This document shows positions 1 through 12,900 of a DNA stretch of 64,000 nucleotides, in pieces. Under the pieces are notes generated by a model. The model was not told the DNA's origin. It was given only the letters and a program-made list of their open reading frames with translations, and made no database searches. The position numbers were made by a program, and so were the translations under genes. Source of the DNA: Macrostomum lignano (lineage: Eukaryota); NCBI GenBank assembly GCA_002269645.1, contig NIVC01001940.1, positions 84,895 through 148,894 of the forward strand, given 5' to 3'. The first letter of the stretch is position 1. The number at the start of each line of letters is the position of its first letter.

Positions 1-305
1 GAATCTCTAATGAGTGGAAGGGTGAATCTCTAATGAGTGGAAGAGTGAATCTCTAATGAGTGGAAGAGTGAATCTCTAATGAGTGAAAGGGTGAATCTCT
101 AATGAGTGGAAGGGTGAATCTCTAATGAGTGGAAGAGTGAATCTCTAATGAGTGGAAGGGTGAATCTCTAATGAGTGGAAGAGTGAATCTCTAATGAGTG
201 GAAGAGTGAATCTCTAATGAGTGGAAGAGTGAATCTCTAATGAGTGGAAGAGTGAATCTCTAATGAGTGGAAGAGTGAATCTCTAATGAGTGGAAGAGTG
301 AATCT
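1..305. repeat. 23-bp tandem repeat (GAATCTCTAATGAGTGGAAGRGT), truncated by window start
   Basis: About 13 near-identical units; unit starts at 1, 24, 47 and so on. Confidence 0.95.
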
Positions 306-361
306 CAATCGATAGAAAGGTTACTCAATAATGCGCAACAGACGCAGAAAAGGAAACTGGG

Positions 362-913
362 TCACTCACCATCGCCAGGTGCATCCACTGCTGGCAGCGC
401 CGCTTCCTCTTCCGCCAGACTCTTCCTGGTCTCCTCCCAGACCCGCTGCAGCACCAAGCTGTCCTGAAAGATCAAACTGCCGTCGGAATTGTAAGTGCGC
501 GCATTCTCGAATAGTTGGCGCACCTCGGCGTCGAGTTCTTCAACGCTTAAATAGCGACCGTCGCGAACTCGCTGACGAATTCTGGCGAAGTCCAACGGCC
601 GCCTGATCACTTCGTAATAGTCTGGCAGTTCACGCCGGCTCGGCAGGCGGATGAACGGCTCGGCCAGGGGCCGGTTGTCTGTCGGGTCGCGATAGCGCAT
701 CACCGGCTGCAGCAGGCGCTGCATGTGGGCCGTCAGCTCCGGCGACGGGGCCGCCGTCCGAACGCCGCCGCCGCTAGCAGCGGATCTGCCGTGCGATATC
801 GATTTCTTCTTTCTGCCTCGGCCGCTCTTGCCTTTGACGCCGCTGCCGGTGGCGTCGCTGCCGATGACATGCGGCGTGGAGCCATCGGCGTCCGATGCGA
901 ATGAAGCCTGGGA
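362..913 (-). CDS. brm: brm exon 9: basic linker plus bromodomain
   Basis: Acceptor ...ctggcag before 913, in frame with ORF 362-724 ([19 protein letters not shown]...[16 protein letters not shown]); ends at TGA 362-364 or at a GTGAGT donor at 369. Confidence 0.85.
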   Translation of the reverse strand, partial: SQASFASDADGSTPHVIGSDATGSGVKGKSGRGRKKKSISHGRSAASGGGVRTAAPSPELTAHMQRLLQPVMRYRDPTDNRPLAEPFIRLPSRRELPDYYEVIRRPLDFARIRQRVRDGRYLSVEELDAEVRQLFENARTYNSDGSLIFQDSLVLQRVWEETRKSLAEEEAALPAVDAPGDGE

Positions 914-3900
914 CTGCCAGTGGATTAAAAAACGTCAGACACAAGTGTGATCCATGGGAATGGCGGAAATAAGTTTGAGGCATAAATTCCGGTATGTACG
1001 GGGTTGTAGCCTAGTGGTTAGAGCGTCGGACTCACGACTGGAAGGTCGCGGGTTCGATTCTTGACCTACTCGGAACAATTTGTGTCATTAAGCAAGACAC
1101 TTAACTCTGCATTGCTTCAGTTCACCCAGCTGTAAAATGGGTGCCAGCATTAGCTGGGGAAAATAAGGGTGTGTTGCGACCCCCCCCCGTCCTTGGACTG
1201 AACAGCCGTACGCAGCCTTCAGATGCGCCGCGCAATATCTGCGGCTGAGCTGTCGGTTGCACATCTGCCCGTTAGCGAAGGCGTAATCAGTTATTATTAT
1301 TAGTCAGGTATGAAACAGCGAGACCCTAGAGTCTGGTACACAAAGAGTCGTAACGAAGGAGTCAGACAAGAGGGTAAAATATAAGAGTCAGATACGTAGA
1401 TATCAGAAACGAAAGAGTCAGATATAAAAGACAGATAAAGAGTCAGACAGTCCCATCCCAGAGTCACACATTTCAGACGCGAGAGTCAGATAAAGAGTCA
1501 GACAGTCCCATCCCAGAGTCACACATTTCAGACACGAGAGTCAGATAAAGAGTCAGACAGTCCCATCCCAGAGTCACACATTTCAGACGCGACAGTCAGA
1601 TAAAGAGTCAGACAGTCAGATCCCAGAGTCACACATTTCAGACACGAGAGTCAGATAAAGAGTCAGACAGTCCTATCCCAGAGTCACACATTTCAGACAC
1701 GAGAGTCAGATAAAGAGTCAGACAGTCCCATCCCAGAGTCACACATTTCAGACGCGAGAGTCAGATAAAGAGTCAGACAGTCCCATCCCAGAGTCACACA
1801 TTTCAGACACGAGAGTCAGATAAAGAGTCAGACAGTCCCATCCCAGAGTCACACATTTCAGACACGAAAGTCAGATAAAGAGTCAGACAGTCCCATCCCA
1901 GAGTCACACATTTCAGACACGAGAGTCAGATAAAGAGTCAGACAGTCCCATCCCAGAGTCACACATTTCAGACGCGAGAGTCAGATAAAGAGTCAGACAG
2001 TCCCATCCCAGAGTCACACATTTCAGACACGAGAGTCAGATAAAGAGTCAGACAGTCCCATCCCAGAGTCACACATTTCAGACGCGAGAGTCAGATAAAG
2101 AGTCAGACAGTCAGATCCCAGAGTCACACATTTCAGACGCGAGAGTCAGATAAAGAGTCAGACAGTCCTATCCCAGAGTCACACATTTCAGACACGAAAG
2201 TCAGATAAAGAGTCAGACAGTCACATCCCAGAGTCACATTTCAGACACGAGAGTCAGACAGAGAAACTGAGAGCTAAAGTCAGACGGCACGCAGCAACCT
2301 ACCAGCATTGAGTCCTCGCTTGCCATGGCTCGCTTCATTTTCTTCCTGTGCCGCATCTGGTCCTCCATCTCGTCCAGCGTGCCCTCTTGAATGGCCCGAA
2401 TAAACTGCTGGTCAGTGAGCGAGTCAGTGTAATCAACCTCTTTTCGTTGACGCTTGCCGAATCCGCTGCAGCTCTCGCTGTCCTCGCCGTCGTCTATCAG
2501 GCTAGAGGTGGCGGTCTCCTCCTCGATGCTGCTAATCCAGGGCGGCAGCTCGTCCTGTGACAGCAGCCTAGGCCGGTCGTCGTGCCGCTCCTTGTCCATG
2601 CGCTGGTAGACTTTGAACTCCTCCTCTGAGCGGGCCAGCATCTGGTTGATCGTCTCGTCGTCGTGCACTTCTAAATCATCGTTACCGTCTTGCTCTTCTT
2701 CTAGCAGGGCCATCAGAAATTCGCGACGCTGAACGCCAGTGGATTTCTGGTCAAACATGCCTGGCGGAGACGAAGAGAATTGCGAGATTTCTTTCATTAG
2801 TCACCTACGCCTGCTACTATTAGTAGAAAAAGATGCCGAAAATTTCATAAGGTGTGAAAAATGAATTAAATCTAAGAATATCTTTATACTAAAAATTAAA
2901 ATCTTGTTTTTTTCTGTCTCGGCCGTGGTTTTGTCTCGCATAGAGACGCCTAACCGCAGTCACTCCTGTGAAACTTTTCTCTGCCTGGCTGAAAGCTTGT
3001 AATGAGTGAGTAGGCTGGGTTGGAGGGTAATAGTGGATCAGGAAGGGCTGTGGGTAGCTGTATAGGAAGGCAGGCCTATACTTGTACCAGTTGGTGCTCT
3101 GACGGTCCCCCTCGGAGTGCACTCTGAGCGTACAGCCAGCGACCCTATTAAAGCTGGGAGTGTGCCAAAACCAGGACTGAGTCTGAGCAGGACGAGACCG
3201 TTGGCACGGTCACTATAGAAATGGCGGGTTGGCGAAGCAAAGGGTGAAATAGTCCCGGCGATTAGCCCTCCTGCCGCTTCAAAGATAAGAGACTGTCTGG
3301 CAAGAGTACCCGGGGTTTAGTTGGGGGGGGAGGCTCCTTCGGGTTGCCACGGCCGTGGGGGCGGTCAATTGACCGGTTTTTTGGCTTAACTAACCCTGGA
3401 GTAGGCACGGGCTTCCCTGATTGGTTCACTCAACCCCCTCTGGCCCCGGGGAGGTTTATGAATTGTTCCCGGGGGTGGTGGGCGGTCGGCCCCAGCATGG
3501 TTGCCACGGCTCTAGGCCTTCGGGCCATCCCTAATAGGCTTAAGGGTCTATCTAACCTGATTTTTTGGGCACGGGCTCCTGACTGGTTCGTCGAACCGCT
3601 GTCACTGTCCCCCGGGGAGGTTTGGATTTTATGATTCTGCCCTGTACAGTCCTCTATAGTCTAACTTGGCTTTTAGTGTACATAAGTACACTCCCAATCT
3701 GGAACCCAAATATTTCTCTAGTGGCGTAAGAGCCTGCTCAATGGCTGAGGCGCCGTATTACTTATTTAGTTAGTTAGTTGCTTTTTTTCTAAGAATCTAT
3801 TAATTAATCTCTTCCGAACTGAGCCATATTCTGTCAATCTCCGTTCCGGTAAGCTTACCATATTCCAGCAAATTTCCAGCAAAGCTTACCAAAGAAAATA

Positions 3901-6900
3901 TTTTTAGGAGGCACGACGTTCCCAGTCTATGATTATTCCAGTCTGGTAAAAATGCATAGCCTAAGAAAAAGTACAAATCAAAGCGTTCATAAACTAACAA
4001 GTTGGTTTTTTGCGACTGAATTAGATCATTCCTAAAGTACAGTATCTACTAGTCATAACTATGGCATCATTACTGGAAGAAACAGATAATCAATCGATTT
4101 CCGACATTATGACGTCTGATGACGAAGAGGCCTTCATATCCCAACTGCGGTAGATGAAACGGAAGAGCTTTCCTGGAATGCTGTAGTTGCTGGTTGAGAT
4201 GTACTCGAGAATTTAAACGAATTTCTGGGGACGCCTGGACTGAATCCAGGAATTACAGTTCCAGATTATGTTGAGGAAGCAACGCCATTATTTCTGGGCC
4301 TTTTTTTACCGGATAGCCTCTTTGAAGACCTGGCAAAGTGGACCAACCGAAGAGCCTGGGCAGCGATTCACTCGGTCGACGCTGAGGACCTGCCTGTGAG
4401 TTTTGCACATTGGAGAGACTGCAGTGCAAATGAGATAAAGAAAATTCTGGGAATGTATCTTTACATGGGCTCCAACAAGAAGACCGAAATGAGCGAGTAC
4501 TGGAGCACAGACAGCTACTACATAACACCTTATTTTCAAGCGGCTGAAGCTCTCTCTCGGGACCGCTTCAAACAGCTTCTGGGTCTGCTCCGTTTTTATG
4601 ACTGCGCTGAAGATCTGGCCGTAAACGACCCACTTTTTAAGATTCGCCCGTTGCTGCAGACATTGAGAGATGCTTGCGTTAATGTGTACAGGCCCGAGGA
4701 GGATGTGAGCGTAGACGAATCTTTGGTGCTGTACAAAGGGCGCTTACGCTTCAAACAGTATATTCCAACGAAGCGGGCAAAGTACGGCATAAAGTTGTAT
4801 TGTGCCTGTGAGGCGGCAACGGGCTACCTGTACAAATTTCGTGTTCACTCAACCCCGGAGGAAAACCGCCGGTTCGATGAAACATTGCAAGGAGACACCC
4901 TGTCTTTCAGCGAGAAGTTTGTTGTCGAGCTCTGCTACCATCTGCTGCACCAAGGCTACCGCATCTTCGTCGACAAGTGGTTCGGATCCTATCGGCTGTC
5001 GGAGTTACCTTCTGGCTCAAGGAACGCACCTGACTTGTACGGTCCGAGCTGACCGAGGCGTTCCGGTTGAGCTCAGAGAGCTGTATGTTCCACCTACCGA
5101 TGATGCCTTCATGCGCAAAGACCGTGTGTTGGCTGTAAAGATCATAGAAAGAAAGGAGAGTGGATTGAAGACGCTGTATTTGCTGGACACCGAAGAGGCG
5201 GCTGAGAAGGTTCAGACCCAACGAATTGTTCGAGGAGTGGAAACGACGGTGCAGAAGAGTAGGTCAGCACTTTCCTACAATCGGTGCATGGGCGGTGATG
5301 ACAGAATGGACAGCCACATCAGCCCCATCTGCCAGGTAGGAAAACGAAAAAGTGTTTTTTAAAGCTTGGTTTACACCTATGTATGCAGATGATTCGCAAC
5401 GCTTGGATAGCGTACAAGAGGTGCAGTGGACAAAGAACATTTGCTAAGTTTCTGGAGGCCAGCATTCGGGAACTGGTAGAGCGCACTGGAAGGAACAGGA
5501 GGCGACCAGCGACTGCCGTTCAAGCTGCTCAGACAGCCGGTCCTGACAGTCCGCACTTCCCAAAGAAGAAAGCGCTGTCGCATCTGCTACCGGGCTGGAA
5601 GCAGCAAGCGCACGATCTACTGCTGCCCCGAGTGCCCAGGAGAACCGGGGCTCTGTTTGGAAGCTTGCTTTCAGCAGTGGCATGCTTGACAGTGTAACTC
5701 TTAGACTGTACTCGTACTTTGTCAGAATGCAAAATGTTACCCAAGGAATCTGTTATCCTGTTTGATAAAGGCTCGCCTGCACCGTCACAAAATGAGTCCT
5801 AATTTCTCAGAAGTTTTGCACCTCAAAGTGCATATCTTTGTACACATGTCAAATTTAGTTAATATACATCGTTTGAGGGCGGTGTGAAAGAGCCTTCTGC
5901 CAGTTTATTGCTTCCAAAATATCCCCATTTCCATCGGATTCTCAACTGCCTTATTGCTTAAAACTATGCGATCCCTTTCTTTTGAAAATCCTGTTCAATC
6001 AAAATGAGAGACATTTGTCTTGCGTTGCACTAATCGTATTATTTGTTCATACCTGATTAGAAACATGTTACTTGTGCTACAGTTTCAATTCTTCGTTGAA
6101 CTTGCTATGTGAAATTGATTAACTGTCGTTTTTATGCTCTCTAAGTAAAATTACTAAGTAAAGACCTCCACAATTTCGCACAAACGCTTTGAAGCTCTGA
6201 GTCTGGCCGAAAAATGGTCTTAGGGACAGTTGCTTAATTCCTAGTACGAGCTATTGTAAAAATCTGTTAGGGTAAGCCTTGCTAAGCGACTGCTGAAGGT
6301 TTTAAATATGTGCTTAAAATCTCGAAATGCGCTACTAAAAACAGTAGATCACGAATTAAAGTCTAATAAAACTGTATCTCATTTTTAGAATTAAATAAAC
6401 AGTTCAAATTGCACTACTAAAAGTAGAAAAAGTGCCGTAAATCTAAAAAAGATTTTTAAAGGAGAAATCCTAGCTAACCGATTGCACTACTAACAGTAGG
6501 GAACCTGCTACAAATATTTAATAGCACACACCGAGAGAACAAGCTTACCAGCCTGGATAACCTTTTCGTCAACGTTGAGCTTGTACCTGGCAGCGGCTAG
6601 GATTCGTTCCTCGACCGAATTAACGCACATCAATCGCAATACGCGAACTTCATTTTTCTGGCCAATCCGATGCGCCCGATCCTGGGCCTGCAGGTCCTGA
6701 TGCGGGTTCCAGTCGGAGTCGAACAGAATCACAGTGTCAGCCGCCTGCAAGTTCAGGCCGAGACCGCCGGCTCGCGTGCTGAGCAGGAATATGAAATAAT
6801 CGGACTCTTTGTCGCTGAAGACCTGCAGCAGAGAGCCGCGATCCTCCGACTTGGTGGTGCCGTCCAAGCGCAGATACTTGTAGCCCATGTAGTCGAAGTA

Positions 6901-9900
6901 GTCCTGGGGTTGGTGTGATGGGAATCAGTGCGCTCTTTGATGGTTTGAAGAATGAAACAATAATAATAATAATAATAATTGATTACACCTGCCTTAATGG
7001 GCAGATGTGCAACCGACAGCTCAGCCGCAGCTATTGCGCGGCGCATCTGAAGGCTGCGTACGGCTGTTCAGTCCAAGGACTGGGGGGGGGGGTCGCCACA
7101 CACACAGCCTCAATTACCCCAGCTAATGCTGGCACCCATTTTACAGCTTTGTGAACTGAAGCAATGCAGAGTTGTGTCTTGCTGAAGAACACAAAATTGT
7201 TCCGAGTGGGTCGAGAACATACATGCGCAACAGTTGGCCGAGTCGGCCGATCCGGCCGACCGATTTGGCGGCCAACCAAGGAAGTCGCAAAAATGCCCAC
7301 CCGAAAAAATACCTAAGTAGTAGTACTAAGTAGCTGACGAGGCAATTTGACTTAATAAGACAGTCATAGTTACTCCTGCCGTTTACCCAAAGTTGCGTTA
7401 ATTTTGCATTACGTTTTTTTTACATGTCGCATTTTTGGCCAAAAACTACGTCGCATTTTTGTTAAAACTAAGTCGCATGGCCGACCGAATTTTAGAGGTT
7501 GCGCATGTATGGTCGAGAATCGAACCCTCGACCTTCCAGTCGTGAGTCCGACGCTCTAACCACTAGGCTACCACCTCTTGAAGGATGAAACAATAATAAA
7601 TATTTCGCAGTAGAGCTGTGAGTCGTTGGCGCAACGCCTTCAAGCTACATCGGTCATACAACCAGCGCTCAGGCGATTTTGCCCATTCCGCTGACTCCTG
7701 AGTACAAGCGCGCCAATACTGTACGCAGGCACACACTCATACACAGCTCACACAGGATGTACAGCGGCCCTGTGACTTTCTAATCGTCAGGCATGTACAC
7801 TGGCTGTGAATCACATGACAACCCCCGGGGCCAATCAGTCCCAAATGAATGTGAACGGTTGAGCAAATAATCAAAGCTATAAGTAAAAAGATTCTGGATA
7901 TGGATGAAAACGGTACCCAGGCCAAGAAGCGTCCCAGAGTCACTTGTGCACCCTTAGAGTCATTTCAGAGTTTTATTGTCTGCGACTCTGAAACGACACA
8001 AATGACTCAGGGGCCGTTGAGTCGCATTTGAGGCGTGCCAGAGTCGCTGTAGAATCGTTGAGTTGTTTACTAACTAGCCTACTGAGTTAGTAGAAAGTTA
8101 AGCGCCAAAACAACGATTCTTGGACGACTCTTTCGCGACTCTTTTACGATTCTACAACTCGCGTACTTTGAGTAATGAAAAGATCACAAAAGTTAACCCA
8201 GCGTCGCGCTATAGCCACTAGAACTATTTGCAACAGCTTTTTAGAGATTCTTGTCACGTTAACGTTTTCAAACGGGTAACCTCTAGGGCCTACGAGCGTA
8301 TAAATAGAGCTGAAAATTACCTGCATAACGGTCATCAGCTGGGTCATCTGGCAGAAGATCAACACCCGGTGGCCAGTGGCCCGAAGTTTCGGCAGTATTC
8401 GGTTCAGCAATTCGAACTTGCCAGATGATCTGTACAGATCTTCTCCGTTGACAGCCTGGTGGCCCTTGTGCTCGGTCATGGCGTCCTCGATGTGGGGGAA
8501 CAGGAACGGATGATTGCAGATCTTGCGCAGCTGCATGATGGTGTTGTTCAGCGTCCTGACGCCGCCGTTGCCCTGTGGAATATTGGGTTTATACAGCTGA
8601 TAGTGATTAGTGGTGCAAGTGATTATACAGGTCTACAGTCATCTATTAATAGACGAAATTTTGTCAGGTGTGATTCTGAGTGATCTGTTGACAGATTCTG
8701 AGTGACTTGTTGACAGATTCTGAGTGATCTGTTGACAGATTCTGAGTGACTTGTTGACAGATTCTGAGTGATCTGTTGACAGATTCTGAGTGACTTGTTG
8801 ACAGATTCTGAGTGATCTGTTGACAGATTCTGAGTGACTTGTTGACAGATTCTGAGTGATCTGTTGACAGATTCTGATTGACTTGTTGACAGATTCTGAG
8901 TGATCTTTTGACAGATTCTGAGTGACTTGTTGACAGATTCTGAGTGATCTGTTGACAGATTCTGATTGACTTGTTGACAGATTCTGAGTGACTTGTTGAC
9001 AGATTCTGAGTGATCTGTTGACAGATTCTGATTGACTTGTTGACAGATTCTGAGTGATCTGTTGACAGATTCTGATTGACTTGTTGACAGATTCTGAGTG
9101 ACATGTTGACAGATTCTGAGTGACTTATTGACAGATTCTAAGTGATCTGTTGACAGATTCTGAGTGACTTGTTGACAGATTCTGAGTGACATGTTGACAG
9201 ATTCTGAGTGACTTGTTGACAGATTCTGAGTGACTTGTTGACAGATTCTGAGTGACTTGTTGACAGATTCTGAGTGACTTGTTGACAGATTCTGAGTGAC
9301 TTGTTGACAGATTCTGAGTGACTTGTTGACAGATTCTGAGTGACTTGTTGACAGATTCTAAGTGATTTGTTGACGGATTTTGGTGACACTTCAACGGTGT
9401 GCCGCTAGACTTCACAGATCAGAACCATAAACACTCACCTTCTTGTCCTTCTCGGAGCCGGCGGTGAGTATGACATTCCGCTGACTCATATGATGGTGCA
9501 GAGTCCGCTGCAGGGCGCTCATGTCGCACTTAATCACGTACTCAACCTTCTCGGGCAGCTGAGATTCCACCTCTTTTTTGAGCCGGCGCAGCAGGAACGG
9601 CCGCAGGACTTTGTGCAATCGGCGAATAATGAGCAGGGTCTCCTCTTGGTTGAGCTCGACTTTCTCTGAGCTGGACAGAGCGAACGGGGCATTGAACCAC
9701 TGCTCGAAGGTGGTCACAGACGAGAACACTGACGGCAGCAGGAAGTTCATGAGAGCCCAGAGTTCGGGCAGCTTGTTCTGCAACGGAGTGCCAGTCAGCA
9801 GCAGTCGGTAGGGCGCGGTGAAGTAGGTGTTGAGCACGCAGGTGAGCTTGCAGTGATGATTCTTCATCCGATGGCCCTCGTCGATGATCATGTACTTCCA

Positions 9901-12900
9901 TTTGATTTTAGTTAGCACGGACTTGTCCTTTATGATGTACTCGTAAGTAGTCAGTAGGACATTGAATTTTGCCGAGCGAAGCTCCGTCTGTTGCAGCTGG
10001 CGGCGCATCTGGGGCGAGCCTGGCGCGGATTTTGGGGCGATGTCAGTTATTTATTAATGATATTAGCGTATCTCTACTTATGAGTAAAACTTGTCAAAAA
10101 AACATTAAAACATAACTGTTGTATTTATTACAGACGATTCTTAGGGATTTAGGGTTTAGGATTTAGGGTTGATCCTGAGGAGTTAGGGTTGATCTTGAGG
10201 AGTTAGGGCTGATCTTAAGGATGTAGAGGCGATTATCAAGGATTTAGGGCTGATCTTGAGGATTTAAGGCTGATCTTGAGGATTTAGAGGCGATTATCAA
10301 GGATTTAAAGCTGATCTTGAGGATTTAGAGGCGATTATCAAGGATTTAAGGCTGATCTTGAGGATTTAAGGCTGATCTTGAGGATTTAGAGGCGATTATC
10401 AAGGATTTAAAGCTGATCTTGAGGATTTAGAGGCGATTATCAATGATTTAGGGCTGACCTTGAGGATTTACAGGCGATTATCAAGGATTCAGGGTTGATA
10501 TTGAGGATTTACAGGCGATTATCAAGGATTTAGGGTTGATTTTGAGGATTTACAGGCGATTATCAAGGATTTAGGGTTGATTTTGAGGATTTAGAGGCGA
10601 TTATCAAGGATTTATGGTTGATTTTGAGGATTTATTAAAAAAGTTCTGATTTTGCATTTTAGCTTCTGATCACAGCGCACAAGTGCACCAAAGCAAACAG
10701 CTCCCGGGCTCACCTTTGTACAAGACTTTCTTAACAGACGGCGCCCATTTGTCGAACTCCAGCGACCAGTTAGACATGGTGGACAGCGGCACAATGATCA
10801 GATAGGGACCATTTTCTTTCTTCTTCTCCATCAGATAGGTGATAAGAGCGATGGTCTGGATAGTCTTGCCTAGGCCCATCTCGTCGGCTAGGATGCCATT
10901 CAGGTTGTTATTATAAAGCGACACGAGCCACTGCAGGCCTTTGAGCTGGTACTCTTTCAGCTTGCCGTTGACGAGAATGCTGGCCTGCTCTCGCACCCGC
11001 TCCTGGACGCTGTGCGCGCTGCCGTAGTAGCCCTGCTGCTGATGATAATCGTCATCCTCGTGCCTTTCACCGCGTCGTCAATTGCCTCGTCGTCTGACGA
11101 GTCTGTTGAATCGGCGTCGGCTGCGGCGGCGGCCGCGGCGGCCGTCTGCTGCTGGTGCTGATCCTCCAGCTCCTCTGGGCAGAGCACGCCGTCCTCGTTG
11201 ACTGGGATCACCCACCACCCCGGATGATCTGCTAGCCAGGCCTCCAGATCGCGGGCTAGCGGCCCGTTGTCATCCGTAAGGCGCTCGCCGGTGCTGGGGT
11301 TCAGGACTGGCACCTGGGAATGGGATTCGGGATCATTGAAATGGGATTGGGAATTAGGGGCTTGAGATTATTGAAATGGGATAGGGGATTAGGGGGATTG
11401 GGATCATTGAAATGGGATTGGGGATTAGAGGGATTGGGATCATTGAAATGGGATTGGGGATTAGGGGCTTGAGATCATTGAAATGGGATTGGGGATTAGG
11501 GGCTTGAGATCATTGAAATGGGATAGGGGATTAGGGGGATTGGGATCATTTAAATATGATAGGGGATTAGGGGGGTTGAGATCATTGAAATGGTATAGGG
11601 ATAAGGGGGATTGGGATCATTGAAATTTGATAAGGGATTGGGATCACTGAAATGGGATTGGGGATTAGGGGGATTGGGATCATTGAAATGGGATAAGGGA
11701 TTGGGATCATTGAAATGGGATAGGGGATTAGGGGGATTGGGATCATTGAAATGGGATAGGGGATTAGGGGGATTGGGATCATTGAAATGGGATAGGGGAT
11801 TAGGGGGATTGGGATCATTGAAATGGGATTGGGGATTAGGGGCTTGAGATTATTGAAATGGGATAGGGGATTAGGGGGATTGGGATCATTGAAATGGGAT
11901 TGGGGATTAGGGGCTTGAGATCATTGAAATGGGATTGGGAATTAGGGGCTTGAGATCATTGAAATGGGATAGGGGATTAGGGGGATTGGGATCATTTAAA
12001 TATGATAGGGGATTAGGGGGGGGGTTGAGATCATTGAAATGGTATAGGGATAAGGGGATTGGGATCATTGAAATTTGATAAGGGATTGGGATCACTGAAA
12101 TGGGATTGGGGATTAGGGGGATTGGGATCATTGAAATGGGATAAGGGATTGGGATCATTGAAATGGGATAGGGGAGTGGGGGATTCGGATCATTGAAATG
12201 GGATTGGGGATTAGGAGGGTTGGGATCATTGAAATGGGATTGGGGATTAGGAGGGTTGGGATCATTGAAATGGGATTGGGGATTAGGAGGGTTGGGATCA
12301 TTGAAATAAGATTGGGGATTAGGAGGGTTGGGATCATTGATATGGGATTGAGGGTTGGGAGGGTCGGGATCATTGGAGTGGGATTAAAGAAAACTTAGGG
12401 ATTTACTAGACAAAAATATGATATCTGGGATCAATGAAATAGGATTAACAGAGTCCATGGTGATCTGAGTTTTTAAATGCAACGGCAAATCAAATGTATA
12501 AAGATTGATGACCTCCACAGGGTTGCTAAATTGGAGGCAATAATTGGCCCTTTTCGGAATGGAGTTTCATGCATGAGCAACCCGCCGCACTCACCCTAAC
12601 AGTCGGATCTTCTACAGCCCGTTCAAGCCAGGTCTTAGCTAGTCCGTCTTGAATCTCTCTCTGCCTCAATCGGCGCTCCTTATGACGCTGAGATTTCTGC
12701 TTTTTCTTGTGCACCTTGACCAGTTTCGACAGCTTAGCAGTGAACTGGTCAGTCTGCTCTAGCAGATAGTGCAGTCTCTGGTCCTTCTGCTTGTCAATTA
12801 GCTCCCTGTAGCCTTTCTCGTCCTCGGCCATCAGCCGGCGCATTCGTTCCCGTTCAATCCGGCGAGCCTCCCTCTCGGTGTTGGCGTGCCAGGCCATCAC

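Noticed and set aside
1000-1075. Functional tRNA gene
   Set aside because: The anticodon and acceptor stems do not pair properly, and the sequence continues into a SINE body found twice in the window
3750-6500. piggyBac TIRs and TTAA target duplication
   Set aside because: I could not find a matching inverted pair at TTAA sites, so element ends are left undefined
10140-10180. Interstitial telomeric repeat (TTAGGG/TTTAGGG)
   Set aside because: Only a few degenerate units grading into the local minisatellite
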